This document shows, piece by piece, positions 51,626 through 61,580 of a stretch of DNA of 64,000 nucleotides; the first letter of the stretch is position 1; the number at the start of each line of letters is the position of its first letter. Source of the DNA: Thermodesulfobacteriota bacterium. Lineage in GTDB: Bacteria > Desulfobacterota_D > UBA1144 > Nemesobacterales > Mycalebacteriaceae. Made by a program: the position numbers and the translations under genes. The stretch spans positions 32,001 through 96,000 of the forward strand of contig CBDAQI010000012.1 of assembly GCA_965198945.1 (NCBI GenBank), read 5' to 3'. The notes under the pieces were generated by a model, which worked only from the letters and a program-made list of their open reading frames with translations, searched no databases and was not told where the DNA came from.

Positions 51626-52596
51626 GAATTCCGGTTCAAATAAGGAAGGTTTTTGAAGAGGGAAGCAGTTTTCTTCTCACTTCCCATGAGTCTCCCGACT
51701 CAGATGCCCTGGGCTCAATGCTTGGGCTTGCAAACCTGCTTGAATCGCTTGGCAAATCCGTTTTTCTCTATAACCGGAGCGGTATTCCTTCTTTCCTGAA
51801 ATTTCTTCCCGGTTCGGAAAAAATAGAGAGAAGCCTCCCGAAAGCCGGGAAACCCGTTTTTGATGCGTTGGTTGTTCTTGATTGTCCGGCGGCCTCACGC
51901 GCCGGGAGTGACTTTGAAAATTATGTCTCATCATCCGGAACCCCGCTTGTCATTATTGACCATCACAAAGAGGCTCCCGGAGGGGAGATGTTGAAATGGG
52001 TTGAGACTGAGTCCCCGGCCACGGGTGTTCTGGTTTATGAGATTTTCAGAGAATTCGCATCGCCTTTTTCACGCGACAGCGCAACATGCATTTTCGCCGC
52101 GATTGCCGGTGACACGGGTTCTTTCAGATTTAATGCGACGGCACAGTCTTTTGCCATAGCGTCCGAAATGGTTTCATCCGGAGCCGACCCGCAGAAAATT
52201 TCAAGCGAGATTTATGAGAATAATTCCGTCCGCAAACTGAAGCTGCTGTCCCGGGTTCTTGAAACTCTGAAAACAGACAAGACCGGGAAAATAGCGTGGG
52301 TTCGCATTGACGCGGATATGTTTGAATCAACCGGAACATCAGCGGAAGACAGCGAGGGAATGGTTGACATTCCAATGAGTCTGGCAGGGGTGGAAGTGGC
52401 GATGCTTTTCAGGCGGCAGTCCACTGAAGCAAAATCTTTCTGGAAGGCGAGCATAAGGTCGCGCGGGGATATTGACGTATGCGCGGTGGCAAACACTTTT
52501 GGCGGGGGAGGCCATAAAAATGCTTCGGGTTTCACATTTGAGAGTGATTTTGACGGGACGATTGAGAAAATAGTGGACAGAATAAAGCGGGCATGA
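51622..52596 (+). CDS. nrnA: DHH/DHHA1 phosphoesterase (NrnA-like)
   Basis: HESPDSDALGS, IDHH, DTGSF, GGGGHKNASG. Confidence 0.9.
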   Translation: MRIPVQIRKVFEEGSSFLLTSHESPDSDALGSMLGLANLLESLGKSVFLYNRSGIPSFLKFLPGSEKIERSLPKAGKPVFDALVVLDCPAASRAGSDFENYVSSSGTPLVIIDHHKEAPGGEMLKWVETESPATGVLVYEIFREFASPFSRDSATCIFAAIAGDTGSFRFNATAQSFAIASEMVSSGADPQKISSEIYENNSVRKLKLLSRVLETLKTDKTGKIAWVRIDADMFESTGTSAEDSEGMVDIPMSLAGVEVAMLFRRQSTEAKSFWKASIRSRGDIDVCAVANTFGGGGHKNASGFTFESDFDGTIEKIVDRIKRA

Positions 52597-53507
52597 ACGG
52601 AATAGTGGTAATTGACAAACCGGATGGCATAACCTCAAGCGGGGTTGTGAACAGAGTCAAAGGGATTCTCAAAATACGAAAAGCCGGACACACCGGAACC
52701 CTTGATAAGTTTGCCACCGGGGTTCTTCCCGTCTGCCTTGGAGAAGCCACCAAGGCTATTCCCTATCTTGACGAGTCTTTCAAAGAGTATGAGGCTACAA
52801 TGAAAATGGGCGAGGCCACAGACACTTTTGACCTTTCCGGCAAGATCACCCGCACTGGCGGCATTGGAAAAGTTTCCCGGAATGATATAATCTCGTGTTT
52901 CAGAGAAAACACCGGAACTTTTTTGCAGGTTCCGCCCATGTTTTCCGCCGTCAAGAAAAACGGGGTAAGGCTTTCAAAGATTGCCCGACTTGGCAGGGAG
53001 GTTGAAAGGAGCGCCAGAAGGATAACGGTTGAGAGGCTTGACTTGCTTGCATTTGCGCCGCCGCTGGCGGATTTTTTTGTTAAATGTTCGCGCGGCACAT
53101 ATGTCAGAGCTCTGGCGTCCGAAATGGGGGAAAGTCTCGGCTGTATGGCTCATCTGGTGCGGCTCCGGCGTGTCAGCAGCGGAGCGTTTTCCATGGAACA
53201 GTCATCCACTCTTGAAGATTTGGAGTCCGGGGATTACAAGTTGATAAGTGTTGAAGAAGCCCTTTCTCATATCAAATCGGTTTGTATCAGCCGGCGGGCC
53301 GCGCATGTTGCGTGTAACGGCGGGAAGTTATTGGGAAAGCATTTTAAGGGTTGCGGAGTTTCGGATTTGCAACAGGGTGAAACGGTCAGGCTGACATATT
53401 CGGGCAAGGCGGTTTCAATGGCAAAGTGTCTGGCTGACGGCGGCTCATTTGAAACTTTAAAAGAGGAACCGGTTTTCAAACAGACCAGGGTGTTCGGTTC
53501 TCACTAA
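52593..53507 (+). CDS. truB: tRNA pseudouridine(55) synthase
   Basis: GHTGTLD, QVPPMFSAVK, GTYVR. Confidence 0.96.
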   Translation: MNGIVVIDKPDGITSSGVVNRVKGILKIRKAGHTGTLDKFATGVLPVCLGEATKAIPYLDESFKEYEATMKMGEATDTFDLSGKITRTGGIGKVSRNDIISCFRENTGTFLQVPPMFSAVKKNGVRLSKIARLGREVERSARRITVERLDLLAFAPPLADFFVKCSRGTYVRALASEMGESLGCMAHLVRLRRVSSGAFSMEQSSTLEDLESGDYKLISVEEALSHIKSVCISRRAAHVACNGGKLLGKHFKGCGVSDLQQGETVRLTYSGKAVSMAKCLADGGSFETLKEEPVFKQTRVFGSH

Positions 53508-53527
53508 AAAAATCGGAGGATAATGAT

Positions 53528-53797
53528 TTGCCTTTAGACAAAGATGAAAAACGCAAAGTTATAGAGGAATTTGCGGAGAAGCCCGGAGATGTGGGCTCTT
53601 CAGCTGTGCAGGTTGGCATACTTTCCAGACGCATAGAGCAGATATCCGCTCACACGGCCGTTATGAAAAAGGATTTTCATTCGCGCAGAGGTCTTGTCAG
53701 GCTTGTGGCGAAAAGAAGAAAACTTTTGAATTACATGAAGGGGACGAACCCGCGCAAATACGCCGAACTGATTAAGAAGCTCGGCCTCAGACATTAA
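53528..53797 (+). CDS. rpsO: 30S ribosomal protein S15
   Basis: DVGSSAVQV, KDFHSRRGL, LGLR; GGAGG RBS. Confidence 0.97.
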   Translation: MPLDKDEKRKVIEEFAEKPGDVGSSAVQVGILSRRIEQISAHTAVMKKDFHSRRGLVRLVAKRRKLLNYMKGTNPRKYAELIKKLGLRH

Positions 53798-53813
53798 AAT
53801 TTATCGGGGGATA

Positions 53814-55922
53814 TTGAATTTGTCACAAAAAACAGTTGAGAAGACCCTTTTCGGGTCAAAGTATAAAATAGAAACCGGAAAGGTTGCCAGACAGGCGGGC
53901 GGCGCTGTTCTTATGAGCTGCGCGGACACGGTTGTTCTTGCGACGGTCGTGGCGTCGGATGAAAAAATCAAGGAAGACTTTCTTCCGCTTACGGTTAACT
54001 ATCAGGAAAAAACATATGCCGCGGGGAAAATTCCGGGAGGTTTTTTCAGAAGGGAGGGAAGGCCCAGTGAACATGAGATTCTGACTTCAAGACTCATAGA
54101 CCGCACAATCAGGCCGCTCATAACAAAAAAGTTCACTTATTCCACTCAAGTAATGGTTACCGTTCTTTCGGCTGACATGAAATCAGACCCCGGTGTGCTT
54201 TCCATAACGGCGGCTTCGGCGGCCCTTGCTCTTTCCGATGTGCCGTTTGACGGCCCGGTTGCCGGAGTGAAAATCGGAAAAATAGGCGGACAGCTGGTCT
54301 GTAATCCCGGATATGAAGATCTTGAGTCAAGCGACATGGATATAGTGGTTGCGGGGACGAAAGACGCGGTTGTGATGGTGGAAGGCGGAGCGAAGCAGGT
54401 TTCCGAACCGGACATGATTGAAGCGCTTATGTTTGCCCATGATCGCATAAAAGAGCTTATTGAAATACAGGATGAACTCGCCTCCGGCATAGCTCCGGCA
54501 AAACGCATTCCTAAAGAATGGGATGTTTCTCAAAAACAGGAGATCTCCGCCGCGGTAAGAGCGTTTGCTTCCGCGCCGCTTGAGAATTCGATCGTCAAAC
54601 CCTCCAAGGAGATGCGTCGGGAAGAAATATCAAAACTGCGCGCTCAGACTTTTGAAGAAGTGGGTCGGAATTTTCCCGAAAGCGAGTCCGCCATATCGGA
54701 CGCTTTTGAAAGTTTGACCAAAGAAGTTGTGCGTTCTCTGATTGTGAACAAAGGCGTGCGTCCCGACTCGCGCGATTACAAAACAATCCGTGACATAGAT
54801 TCCGAGGTCGGCATTCTTCCCCGCTCCCATGGTTCAGCGCTTTTTACGCGCGGCGAAACACAGGCCCTTGTCGCCACCACTCTCGGAACTTCCTATTACG
54901 AGCAGAGAATAGACTCTCTTGAGGGCGATTTGAAAAAGAGTTTTATGCTTCACTATAACTTTCCCCCTTATTCCGTGGGTGAGACAAGCAACCGCCTCGC
55001 TCCGGGCAGGAGGGAGATAGGGCACGGCGCTCTTGCCGAAAGGGCGGTGAAGCCGCTCCTGCCGTCAAAAGAGGATTTTCCCTACACAATCAGGGTTGTT
55101 TCTGAAATTCTGGAGTCAAACGGTTCGTCCTCCATGGCTACGGTTTGCGGCGCTTCAATGTCTCTTATGGACGCCGGTGTCCCGCTTCGTGCCGCGGTGG
55201 GCGGAATTGCTATGGGTCTCATCAAGGAAGGGGACAAACTTGTGGTTCTGTCCGATATTCTCGGAGATGAAGACCACTTGGGCGATATGGATTTCAAGGT
55301 TGCCGGCACGGAAAACGGAATTACCGCACTGCAGATGGACATTAAAATAGACGGCGTTACAAAGGAAATTTTATCTGACGCCCTTAATCAGGCAAAAACC
55401 GCGCGTCTTCATGTTCTGGCTGAAATGGGCAAAACAATCGCCGCTCCGGAAAACGATATTTCCGCACATGCTCTGCGCATAATGTCAATGAAAATTCATC
55501 CCGACAAGATACGTGATGTGATCGGTTCGGGCGGCAAGGTTATAAACAAACTTATTGAGGAAACCGGCGCCCAGATAGACATTCAGGATGACGGCAAAGT
55601 GCTCATTTCCTCTCCGGATAAAGAGTCGTGTGAAAATGCGATGAAAAAGATAGGCAAAATTGTAGAGGAAATAGAACCGGGCAAGATATATTTCGGTAAG
55701 GTCAAAAGGCTTCTTGATTTCGGGGCAATTGTGGAAATGGATAACGGAAGGGACGGGCTTGTTCACATTTCAGAACTGGAAGAGGGCAGGGTTGAGAAGG
55801 TTGCCGATGTGGTGAATGAGGGTGATGAACTTCTGGTCAAATGTATTTCAAAGGAGAGAGACGGCAAGATAAGGCTCAGCCGCAGGGAAGCTCTCGGGGA
55901 AAACATAGAGGACTACAGATAA
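53814..55922 (+). CDS. pnp: Polyribonucleotide nucleotidyltransferase
   Basis: SRLIDRTIRP, FTRGETQ, RREIGHG, ESNGSSSMA, GDMDFKVAG, KH and S1 domains. Confidence 0.98.
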   Translation: MNLSQKTVEKTLFGSKYKIETGKVARQAGGAVLMSCADTVVLATVVASDEKIKEDFLPLTVNYQEKTYAAGKIPGGFFRREGRPSEHEILTSRLIDRTIRPLITKKFTYSTQVMVTVLSADMKSDPGVLSITAASAALALSDVPFDGPVAGVKIGKIGGQLVCNPGYEDLESSDMDIVVAGTKDAVVMVEGGAKQVSEPDMIEALMFAHDRIKELIEIQDELASGIAPAKRIPKEWDVSQKQEISAAVRAFASAPLENSIVKPSKEMRREEISKLRAQTFEEVGRNFPESESAISDAFESLTKEVVRSLIVNKGVRPDSRDYKTIRDIDSEVGILPRSHGSALFTRGETQALVATTLGTSYYEQRIDSLEGDLKKSFMLHYNFPPYSVGETSNRLAPGRREIGHGALAERAVKPLLPSKEDFPYTIRVVSEILESNGSSSMATVCGASMSLMDAGVPLRAAVGGIAMGLIKEGDKLVVLSDILGDEDHLGDMDFKVAGTENGITALQMDIKIDGVTKEILSDALNQAKTARLHVLAEMGKTIAAPENDISAHALRIMSMKIHPDKIRDVIGSGGKVINKLIEETGAQIDIQDDGKVLISSPDKESCENAMKKIGKIVEEIEPGKIYFGKVKRLLDFGAIVEMDNGRDGLVHISELEEGRVEKVADVVNEGDELLVKCISKERDGKIRLSRREALGENIEDYR

Positions 55923-56848
55923 AAGCCGGGGTCGGGCAAAAACGTATTGTCGCAGTTGTCGGGCCCACAGCATCGGGGAAAACCGATTTCGGATTGCGTC
56001 TCGCCTCCGAAGTGTCCGGGGCCGTGGTGGGCGCGGACTCTCTTCAGGTTTATAAATATTTTGACATAGGAAGCGCCAAACCGCCCGCCGAACAGATGGG
56101 TGCGATCTCCCATTTTATGACTGACATAGTCGAGCCGGGTGAGGATTTTAACGCGGGCATATACAAGGCCCGTGCGGAACCCATAATTGAAAAACTGTTT
56201 TTGGAAAAAACACCTCCGATTGTAGTAGGCGGCACTTTTCTTTATGTTCGCGCTCTGCTTGAGGGGCTTATTGAAAGCCCGTCCGACCCTGAGGTCAGAA
56301 AAAGTATTGAAGGCGAGGAGAGAAAATACGGAACCCGCTGGCTTTACGAAAAATTGGAAGACATGGACGCGGCTTCGGCCTCAGAAATTCACCCCAATGA
56401 TTCCGTGCGCATAAGGCGGGCGCTTGAAATCTGCCATTTGTCTGGCTCGCCGGCTTCCGAGGTAAGGCGCGCTCACGGTTTTTCCGGCTGCGGATTTGAC
56501 TGCCTGAAAATCGGCATTGCCACGGAAAGGGACGCGCTTGTTGAGAGGATAAACGTCAGAACACGGGAGATGTTTGAGGAGGGTATTGTGGAGGAGACTG
56601 AAAAAATCCGTGATATGGGGTATTCAAGCGATATTAAGCCGATGAAGGCCATAGGTTATCGTCAGGCGAATCTTTTCATTGACGGAGAGATCACCGGGCC
56701 CGAAGCGGTTGAGACAGCCGCCAGAGACACAAGACGCCTTGCCAAAAGGCAGATGACATGGCTGAGAAAAGAAAAAGACATACAATGGTTTCCGGCTGAA
56801 GGTCTTAGCGAAGCGGTTGATCAGTGCCGAAGGTTTTTTGGACTATAG
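55919..56848 (+). CDS. miaA: tRNA dimethylallyltransferase; start uncertain (ATA 55919 or ATG 55841)
   Basis: GPTASGKT, DSLQVY, GSAKP, VGGT, AIGY, AKRQMTW. Confidence 0.93.
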   Translation: MKAGVGQKRIVAVVGPTASGKTDFGLRLASEVSGAVVGADSLQVYKYFDIGSAKPPAEQMGAISHFMTDIVEPGEDFNAGIYKARAEPIIEKLFLEKTPPIVVGGTFLYVRALLEGLIESPSDPEVRKSIEGEERKYGTRWLYEKLEDMDAASASEIHPNDSVRIRRALEICHLSGSPASEVRRAHGFSGCGFDCLKIGIATERDALVERINVRTREMFEEGIVEETEKIRDMGYSSDIKPMKAIGYRQANLFIDGEITGPEAVETAARDTRRLAKRQMTWLRKEKDIQWFPAEGLSEAVDQCRRFFGL

Positions 56849-56906
56849 GCGTGTTTTATCCACAGATGTGCCGGATTGCCGTCGGTGTCGATTTTCCGGA
56901 TTACCG

Positions 56907-57269
56907 CTACTTTGTGTTTCTGCGAACAAATAGTGTTGCAAACACCACTCCGGTAATGACGGCCGCAAGCGGAAGCAGCCAGGCGACCAGGCTGAATCCC
57001 TTCATCGGCGGTTCTGCGAGTATTGTGTCTCCGTATTTGCTCTGAAACCATAGAATTATTTCCTCGTCCGACTCTCCGTTCCGAATTTTCTTTTTAATTA
57101 TTTTCCGCATATCCCGCGCGAGGTCGGAGTTTGATTCGGCGACGCTCTGCCCGGCGCAGACCGGACACATCAGCTGTCTTGCAATCGCGTCTGTGCGTTC
57201 CGTTACCGTTTCAGCAAACGCTGGAGTGGCAAGGAGTAGAAAGACTGAAAGAATTGTGAGAATTTTCAT
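56907..57269 (-). CDS. ccmH: Cytochrome c biogenesis protein CcmH/CycL
   Basis: Signal peptide, LMCPVCAGQSVAESN, YGDTIL, C-terminal TM helix. Confidence 0.92.
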   Translation of the reverse strand: MKILTILSVFLLLATPAFAETVTERTDAIARQLMCPVCAGQSVAESNSDLARDMRKIIKKKIRNGESDEEIILWFQSKYGDTILAEPPMKGFSLVAWLLPLAAVITGVVFATLFVRRNTK

Positions 57270-57332
57270 TTAGTTATTTATAAGTTCACAGTTTAACGGG
57301 GAGTCCTGATGTTTTCTCCGTTTTATCCGGGG

Positions 57333-59252
57333 TCAAAGCCATTTTTCTTTCCACATCTGAAACACGAGAAGGTTCCATATTCTTTTACCGTCAAACGAGT
57401 GCTTATAAAACTTATCCATCCACTCGGATACCGTTGCGGGGTTGAAAATGTTCTCCCGTTTCAGAGACTCTTCGCTCAGATAATCTTGAACAAGCGGAAG
57501 CAGTTTTCCTCTCATCCATGAGTCTATGGGTGAGCCGAAACCCATTTTTTTTCTGTCAAACAACTCTCTGGGCAGATGTTTTTCCAGAACCTTTTTCAGA
57601 ATGTATTTTGACTCCCCGTTTCTGTATTTATATTCGGAGGGAATTCTTGCGGTAAATTCCATAAGCCGGTGGTCAAGAAGCGGTTCCCTTGATTCAAGCC
57701 CCACGCTCATTGTTGCCCGGTCAACCTTTGTCAAAATGTCATCGGGAAGCCAAACTGCAAAGTCGGCGGCAAGCATCTGGCTCATCAGGTCTCTTTTTTC
57801 AACCTCTTCAAACTGTTCGGAAAAAGTATTGTCGTTAAATTTCCCCGTATGGTTCAATATTCCGTCAATTTCTTCATCCAGCCATGTTCCGATTGAATAT
57901 TTGAACATCCCCGCCATGTCGCCTTTGTTCATAAGGAGAAATGCTCCGCGCCTCTTGACATATCCGCGCCTGAGCCGCTTTATGCGGTCAACTCCCGTCA
58001 TGTTTACGGCTCTCTCAAACCGTTCAGCGTTGAGGGCGTTTAGTCCGGCACATATCAAATTGCGTAAGAGACCGGGGATTCTTAAAGATTTGTCCGCAAT
58101 CTTCAGATAGGAAGTGTAGTGGTTGTATCCGCAGAAAAGTTCATCTCCCCCGTCTGCGGAAAGCGCCACCTTCACATCACGGCGTGCTATCTGCGAAACA
58201 AGAAGAGTAGGTATTGTGGAATTGTCCGCGAAGGGTTCATCATAGATATCAGGAAGCTGCGGAACTATTTCCAGCGCTTCGTCTTCAGATATGTAATGCT
58301 CGGTATGGTCGGTTCCGAGGTGTTCGGCGATTTTTTTTGCATGATGGGCTTCATTGTGTTTTGTGCTGTCAAACCCGATTGTAAAGGTTTTAATCGGCTC
58401 CGAGACATTTCTCTGCAAAAGCGCGGCGACTATGCTTGAATCTATTCCGCCTGAGAGGAAAAGACCCACCGGCACATCGGAAACAAGCCGATATTTGAAA
58501 GAATCAACAAGTATTCTCTCAAGTTCTTCGGTTATTTCCTCTTCGGAACCGGAATGAGGAGTCATATTGTAATAGTCGGCTATATTCCAATATCTGTGTT
58601 TTTTAATCTCTCCGTTTTTGACGCTCATCCAGTGTCCGGGTTCAAGCTTGAATGTATCTTGAAGAATTGTGCCGGGGCTTTTTATGTAATCATATCTCAG
58701 GAAAAGGGCCAGTCCGTCGCTGTCTATCCGTTTGGGAAATGCCGGGTGTTTCATTATTGATTTCAACTCCGATGCGAACAGAAAAAGCCCGTTTTTGCGG
58801 TAGTAATAAAGAGGTTTTACTCCGGCTCTGTCCCGCGCGAGAAAGAGTGTTTTTTTCCGTGCATCCCAGATTGCAAGAGCAAACATTCCTATAAATTTGT
58901 GGAGGCACTGCATTCCCCACTGTTCGTAGGATTTGACGACAACCTCGGTGTCAGAATCGCTCATCAATGAGTGTCCTTTGCCTTCCAGTTCTTTTCTGAT
59001 TTCGCGGTAGTTATAGATTTCACCGTTATAGCTCACCGTTATGGTTCCGTCAGAGTTTGACATCGGTTGCTTTCCTCTCTCTGACAGGTCTATGATGGAG
59101 AGCCGTGTGTGTCCGAGACCCACATTGCTTTGCGCGTCCACGAAAAAGCCCGAATCGTCCGGCCCTCTGTGGATTAGAGCCTCCGTCATTTCTGAAAGGA
59201 CGGACTGCTCAATCCTTTTCCCGGTGCTGTAAATGCCTGCTATGCCGCACAT
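57333..59252 (-). CDS. asnB: Asparagine synthase (glutamine-hydrolysing) family amidotransferase, probably glycan-amidating
   Basis: MCGI, HRGPD, YNGEIYN, LSGGIDSS, DELFCGY, KVDRATM; sits in a glycosyltransferase cluster. Confidence 0.9.
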   Translation of the reverse strand: MCGIAGIYSTGKRIEQSVLSEMTEALIHRGPDDSGFFVDAQSNVGLGHTRLSIIDLSERGKQPMSNSDGTITVSYNGEIYNYREIRKELEGKGHSLMSDSDTEVVVKSYEQWGMQCLHKFIGMFALAIWDARKKTLFLARDRAGVKPLYYYRKNGLFLFASELKSIMKHPAFPKRIDSDGLALFLRYDYIKSPGTILQDTFKLEPGHWMSVKNGEIKKHRYWNIADYYNMTPHSGSEEEITEELERILVDSFKYRLVSDVPVGLFLSGGIDSSIVAALLQRNVSEPIKTFTIGFDSTKHNEAHHAKKIAEHLGTDHTEHYISEDEALEIVPQLPDIYDEPFADNSTIPTLLVSQIARRDVKVALSADGGDELFCGYNHYTSYLKIADKSLRIPGLLRNLICAGLNALNAERFERAVNMTGVDRIKRLRRGYVKRRGAFLLMNKGDMAGMFKYSIGTWLDEEIDGILNHTGKFNDNTFSEQFEEVEKRDLMSQMLAADFAVWLPDDILTKVDRATMSVGLESREPLLDHRLMEFTARIPSEYKYRNGESKYILKKVLEKHLPRELFDRKKMGFGSPIDSWMRGKLLPLVQDYLSEESLKRENIFNPATVSEWMDKFYKHSFDGKRIWNLLVFQMWKEKWL

Positions 59253-59352
59253 TGTTTATTTTGGAAAACAAAAATTGGAGTATTTAATATATAATACACA
59301 AAAGGGTTTCCGGTTTATATGCTCTTTTGTCTTTGTTCCGAATATTGACGTA

Positions 59353-60663
59353 ATGCGAGAACACCAGGACGAAACAAAAAGTCTGAAAAAAGACGCTCTG
59401 ACGCTTTTTGCCGGAGGCATGGGCGGGGCGGTTTTTACCGCCATAGAACTTGTTCTTATCGCACGTTTTCTCGGTCTGGAACAGTTTGGTGTGTTCACTC
59501 TTGTTTTGTCTTACGTGACCCTTGTTAATACCTTTATTGATTTCAGAATAAGGGAGGCCTCAGTCAAATATGTCTCGGAGTATTTTGAAAAGGGAGATAG
59601 AGAATCCGTGCTTTCATTTATCAAATTTTTCTATTTGATAGATTTTCTCGGTGGAATTCTGTCGTTTGCAGTCTGCATTGCTCTTGCGGGAATTGCAAAT
59701 GAATTTTTTATTAAATCTGAAAATAGTTTTCAGTATGTTTTCATACTGTCTTTAAGTCTTTTTGTTCTTACCGTCAACCAGAATTCCAACTCCATACTTC
59801 AGGCTTTGAAGAAATTCAGAGAATCCGCTTTTCTTAAAGTCATGGACTCTTTTGTCAGGCTTGTGCTGATTGTGTTTTGTTTCGTTCTGGGATTTGGCTT
59901 GAAGGGCTTTTTTGTCGCCTATGTTGTTGCGGCGGTTATAAATTTTGCCATCCTGCAATTTTATGTAAATAAAATTTTGAAACTTGAGAGGATGAATGGT
60001 TGGTTGTCATCCAGTATCATGAGAATCAGAGGGAAGATGCGCGAAGTGCTCTGGTTTGTTATGAACATCAATGCGACCGGTTTTGTTTCTTTTTCATTCT
60101 CCATACATGTTCCTATTCTTCTTCTTGGTTATTTTTGGGGCAGTGAGGCATCGGGACTTTACAAAGTTGCAAGAGGAGTGGTTTCCGCGGCAAACAAGAT
60201 AACGGGACCCGTTTATTCCGTGCTCTATCCCGCTCTTGTGCGTCTTGAGACAAGAAAATCCTACGAGGAATTTGGGCGTCTCATAATCTATTCAGTCAGG
60301 GAAATAATGAAGTTTTTATTGCCTGTTTGTATTTTTCTTTTTGTATTTGCATATGAATTTATAGAAATTGTTTTCGGTAGCGAGTTCACTCAAGCAGCTG
60401 GCGCGATGATGGTTTTTGCGGGTGCCGCGGCTTTCGGTAATGTCTGCAAATGGTCGGATTATGCACTGTTGGCCTTTGGAATGCCGGGAGTCAAAACTGT
60501 TCTTTCAATTTTATTTGCATGCATATCATTGTCATCCATGTTTATTCTTGTGCCTGATTATTCATATCTCGGAGCGGCATGGGCGGCTTTTATAACTGAG
60601 TTTTTGACTATTTTTGTGGGTGTTTTTGTGTTTGTGCATATTCGCGCAATGGAGAGAAGATAA
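59353..60663 (+). CDS. Wzx-like oligosaccharide flippase
   Basis: About 12 TM segments; ARFLGLEQFG, GLYKVA, YLGAAWA. Confidence 0.87.
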   Translation: MREHQDETKSLKKDALTLFAGGMGGAVFTAIELVLIARFLGLEQFGVFTLVLSYVTLVNTFIDFRIREASVKYVSEYFEKGDRESVLSFIKFFYLIDFLGGILSFAVCIALAGIANEFFIKSENSFQYVFILSLSLFVLTVNQNSNSILQALKKFRESAFLKVMDSFVRLVLIVFCFVLGFGLKGFFVAYVVAAVINFAILQFYVNKILKLERMNGWLSSSIMRIRGKMREVLWFVMNINATGFVSFSFSIHVPILLLGYFWGSEASGLYKVARGVVSAANKITGPVYSVLYPALVRLETRKSYEEFGRLIIYSVREIMKFLLPVCIFLFVFAYEFIEIVFGSEFTQAAGAMMVFAGAAAFGNVCKWSDYALLAFGMPGVKTVLSILFACISLSSMFILVPDYSYLGAAWAAFITEFLTIFVGVFVFVHIRAMERR

Positions 60664-61571
60664 TGACAAATAATAATTTGCCTTTGGTGAGTGTTATCAT
60701 TCTTTCGTACAACAGAAAGAATTGGTTGAGGCAGAGTTTGGATTCAATATTAGGTCAGGATTACCCAAATATTGAAATAATTGCTTGTGATGATGCTTCC
60801 ACAGACGGAAGCCAGGATGTTTTGCGTGAGTATAAAGAGAAAAATTCCCACAGAAGGTTTGTTCTGTCTCTTTCACCTCAAAACGATGGAATCACGGCAA
60901 ATCAAAACAAAGGACTTTCTCTTTATCAGGGCAAATATGTTGTTTTCTCTGCGGATGATGACATTATGCTTCCGAGTAAAATTTCCAAGCAAGTTCAATT
61001 TATGGAGAATGACCCCGACTGTTCAATTTGTTACCACAATATGGAAGTTTTTTATGATAACACAAATAAAATTTTGAAGTTTTTCAACAATAAAAAAAAC
61101 AGCCACGAAGGCGGCGTGGAACTTGCTATAAAATACGGGATGTTTTGCGGAGCTCCTTCATGCATGTTCAGGGCTGAAAAAATTCCCGACGATGGCTGCA
61201 ATCCCATAATTACCAATGCGTCTGATTGGCTTCTTGTGATAGAAGTTTTAATAGGGGGAGGCAGTATACGCTACATTGACGAAATTCTTGTGAGATACAG
61301 GAGACACATTAACGCCGATTCCATGAAAACCTATGACATGAATCCCGGCGATTTGGATACCCTGAATATATGTAACATTTTAATTACAAAATATCCTCAT
61401 CTTTTCAATGAGGCAATTTATGCATATTCAAGATCCCTTGAAAAACTCAGAAATAAAAAAGGAATTAATTATATGTCCGCTCTAATATCCAGCCTGCGAC
61501 TGAGATTCAGGCTGAGTGCATTTGTTAGATTGCTTGCCTGTCTTTTTTCATTTGGCAGATTTAAATCTTAA
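60663..61571 (+). CDS. Glycosyltransferase family 2
   Basis: PLVSVIILSYN, DDASTD, ADDD, SDW, YRRH. Confidence 0.93.
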   Translation: MTNNNLPLVSVIILSYNRKNWLRQSLDSILGQDYPNIEIIACDDASTDGSQDVLREYKEKNSHRRFVLSLSPQNDGITANQNKGLSLYQGKYVVFSADDDIMLPSKISKQVQFMENDPDCSICYHNMEVFYDNTNKILKFFNNKKNSHEGGVELAIKYGMFCGAPSCMFRAEKIPDDGCNPIITNASDWLLVIEVLIGGGSIRYIDEILVRYRRHINADSMKTYDMNPGDLDTLNICNILITKYPHLFNEAIYAYSRSLEKLRNKKGINYMSALISSLRLRFRLSAFVRLLACLFSFGRFKS

Positions 61572-61580
61572 AAGACTTTT

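Noticed and set aside
56856..56864. Perfect DnaA box TTATCCACA after miaA
   Set aside because: It is a single copy, and about 0.5 are expected by chance in 64 kb on both strands. There is no box cluster or dnaA gene, so oriC is not supported.
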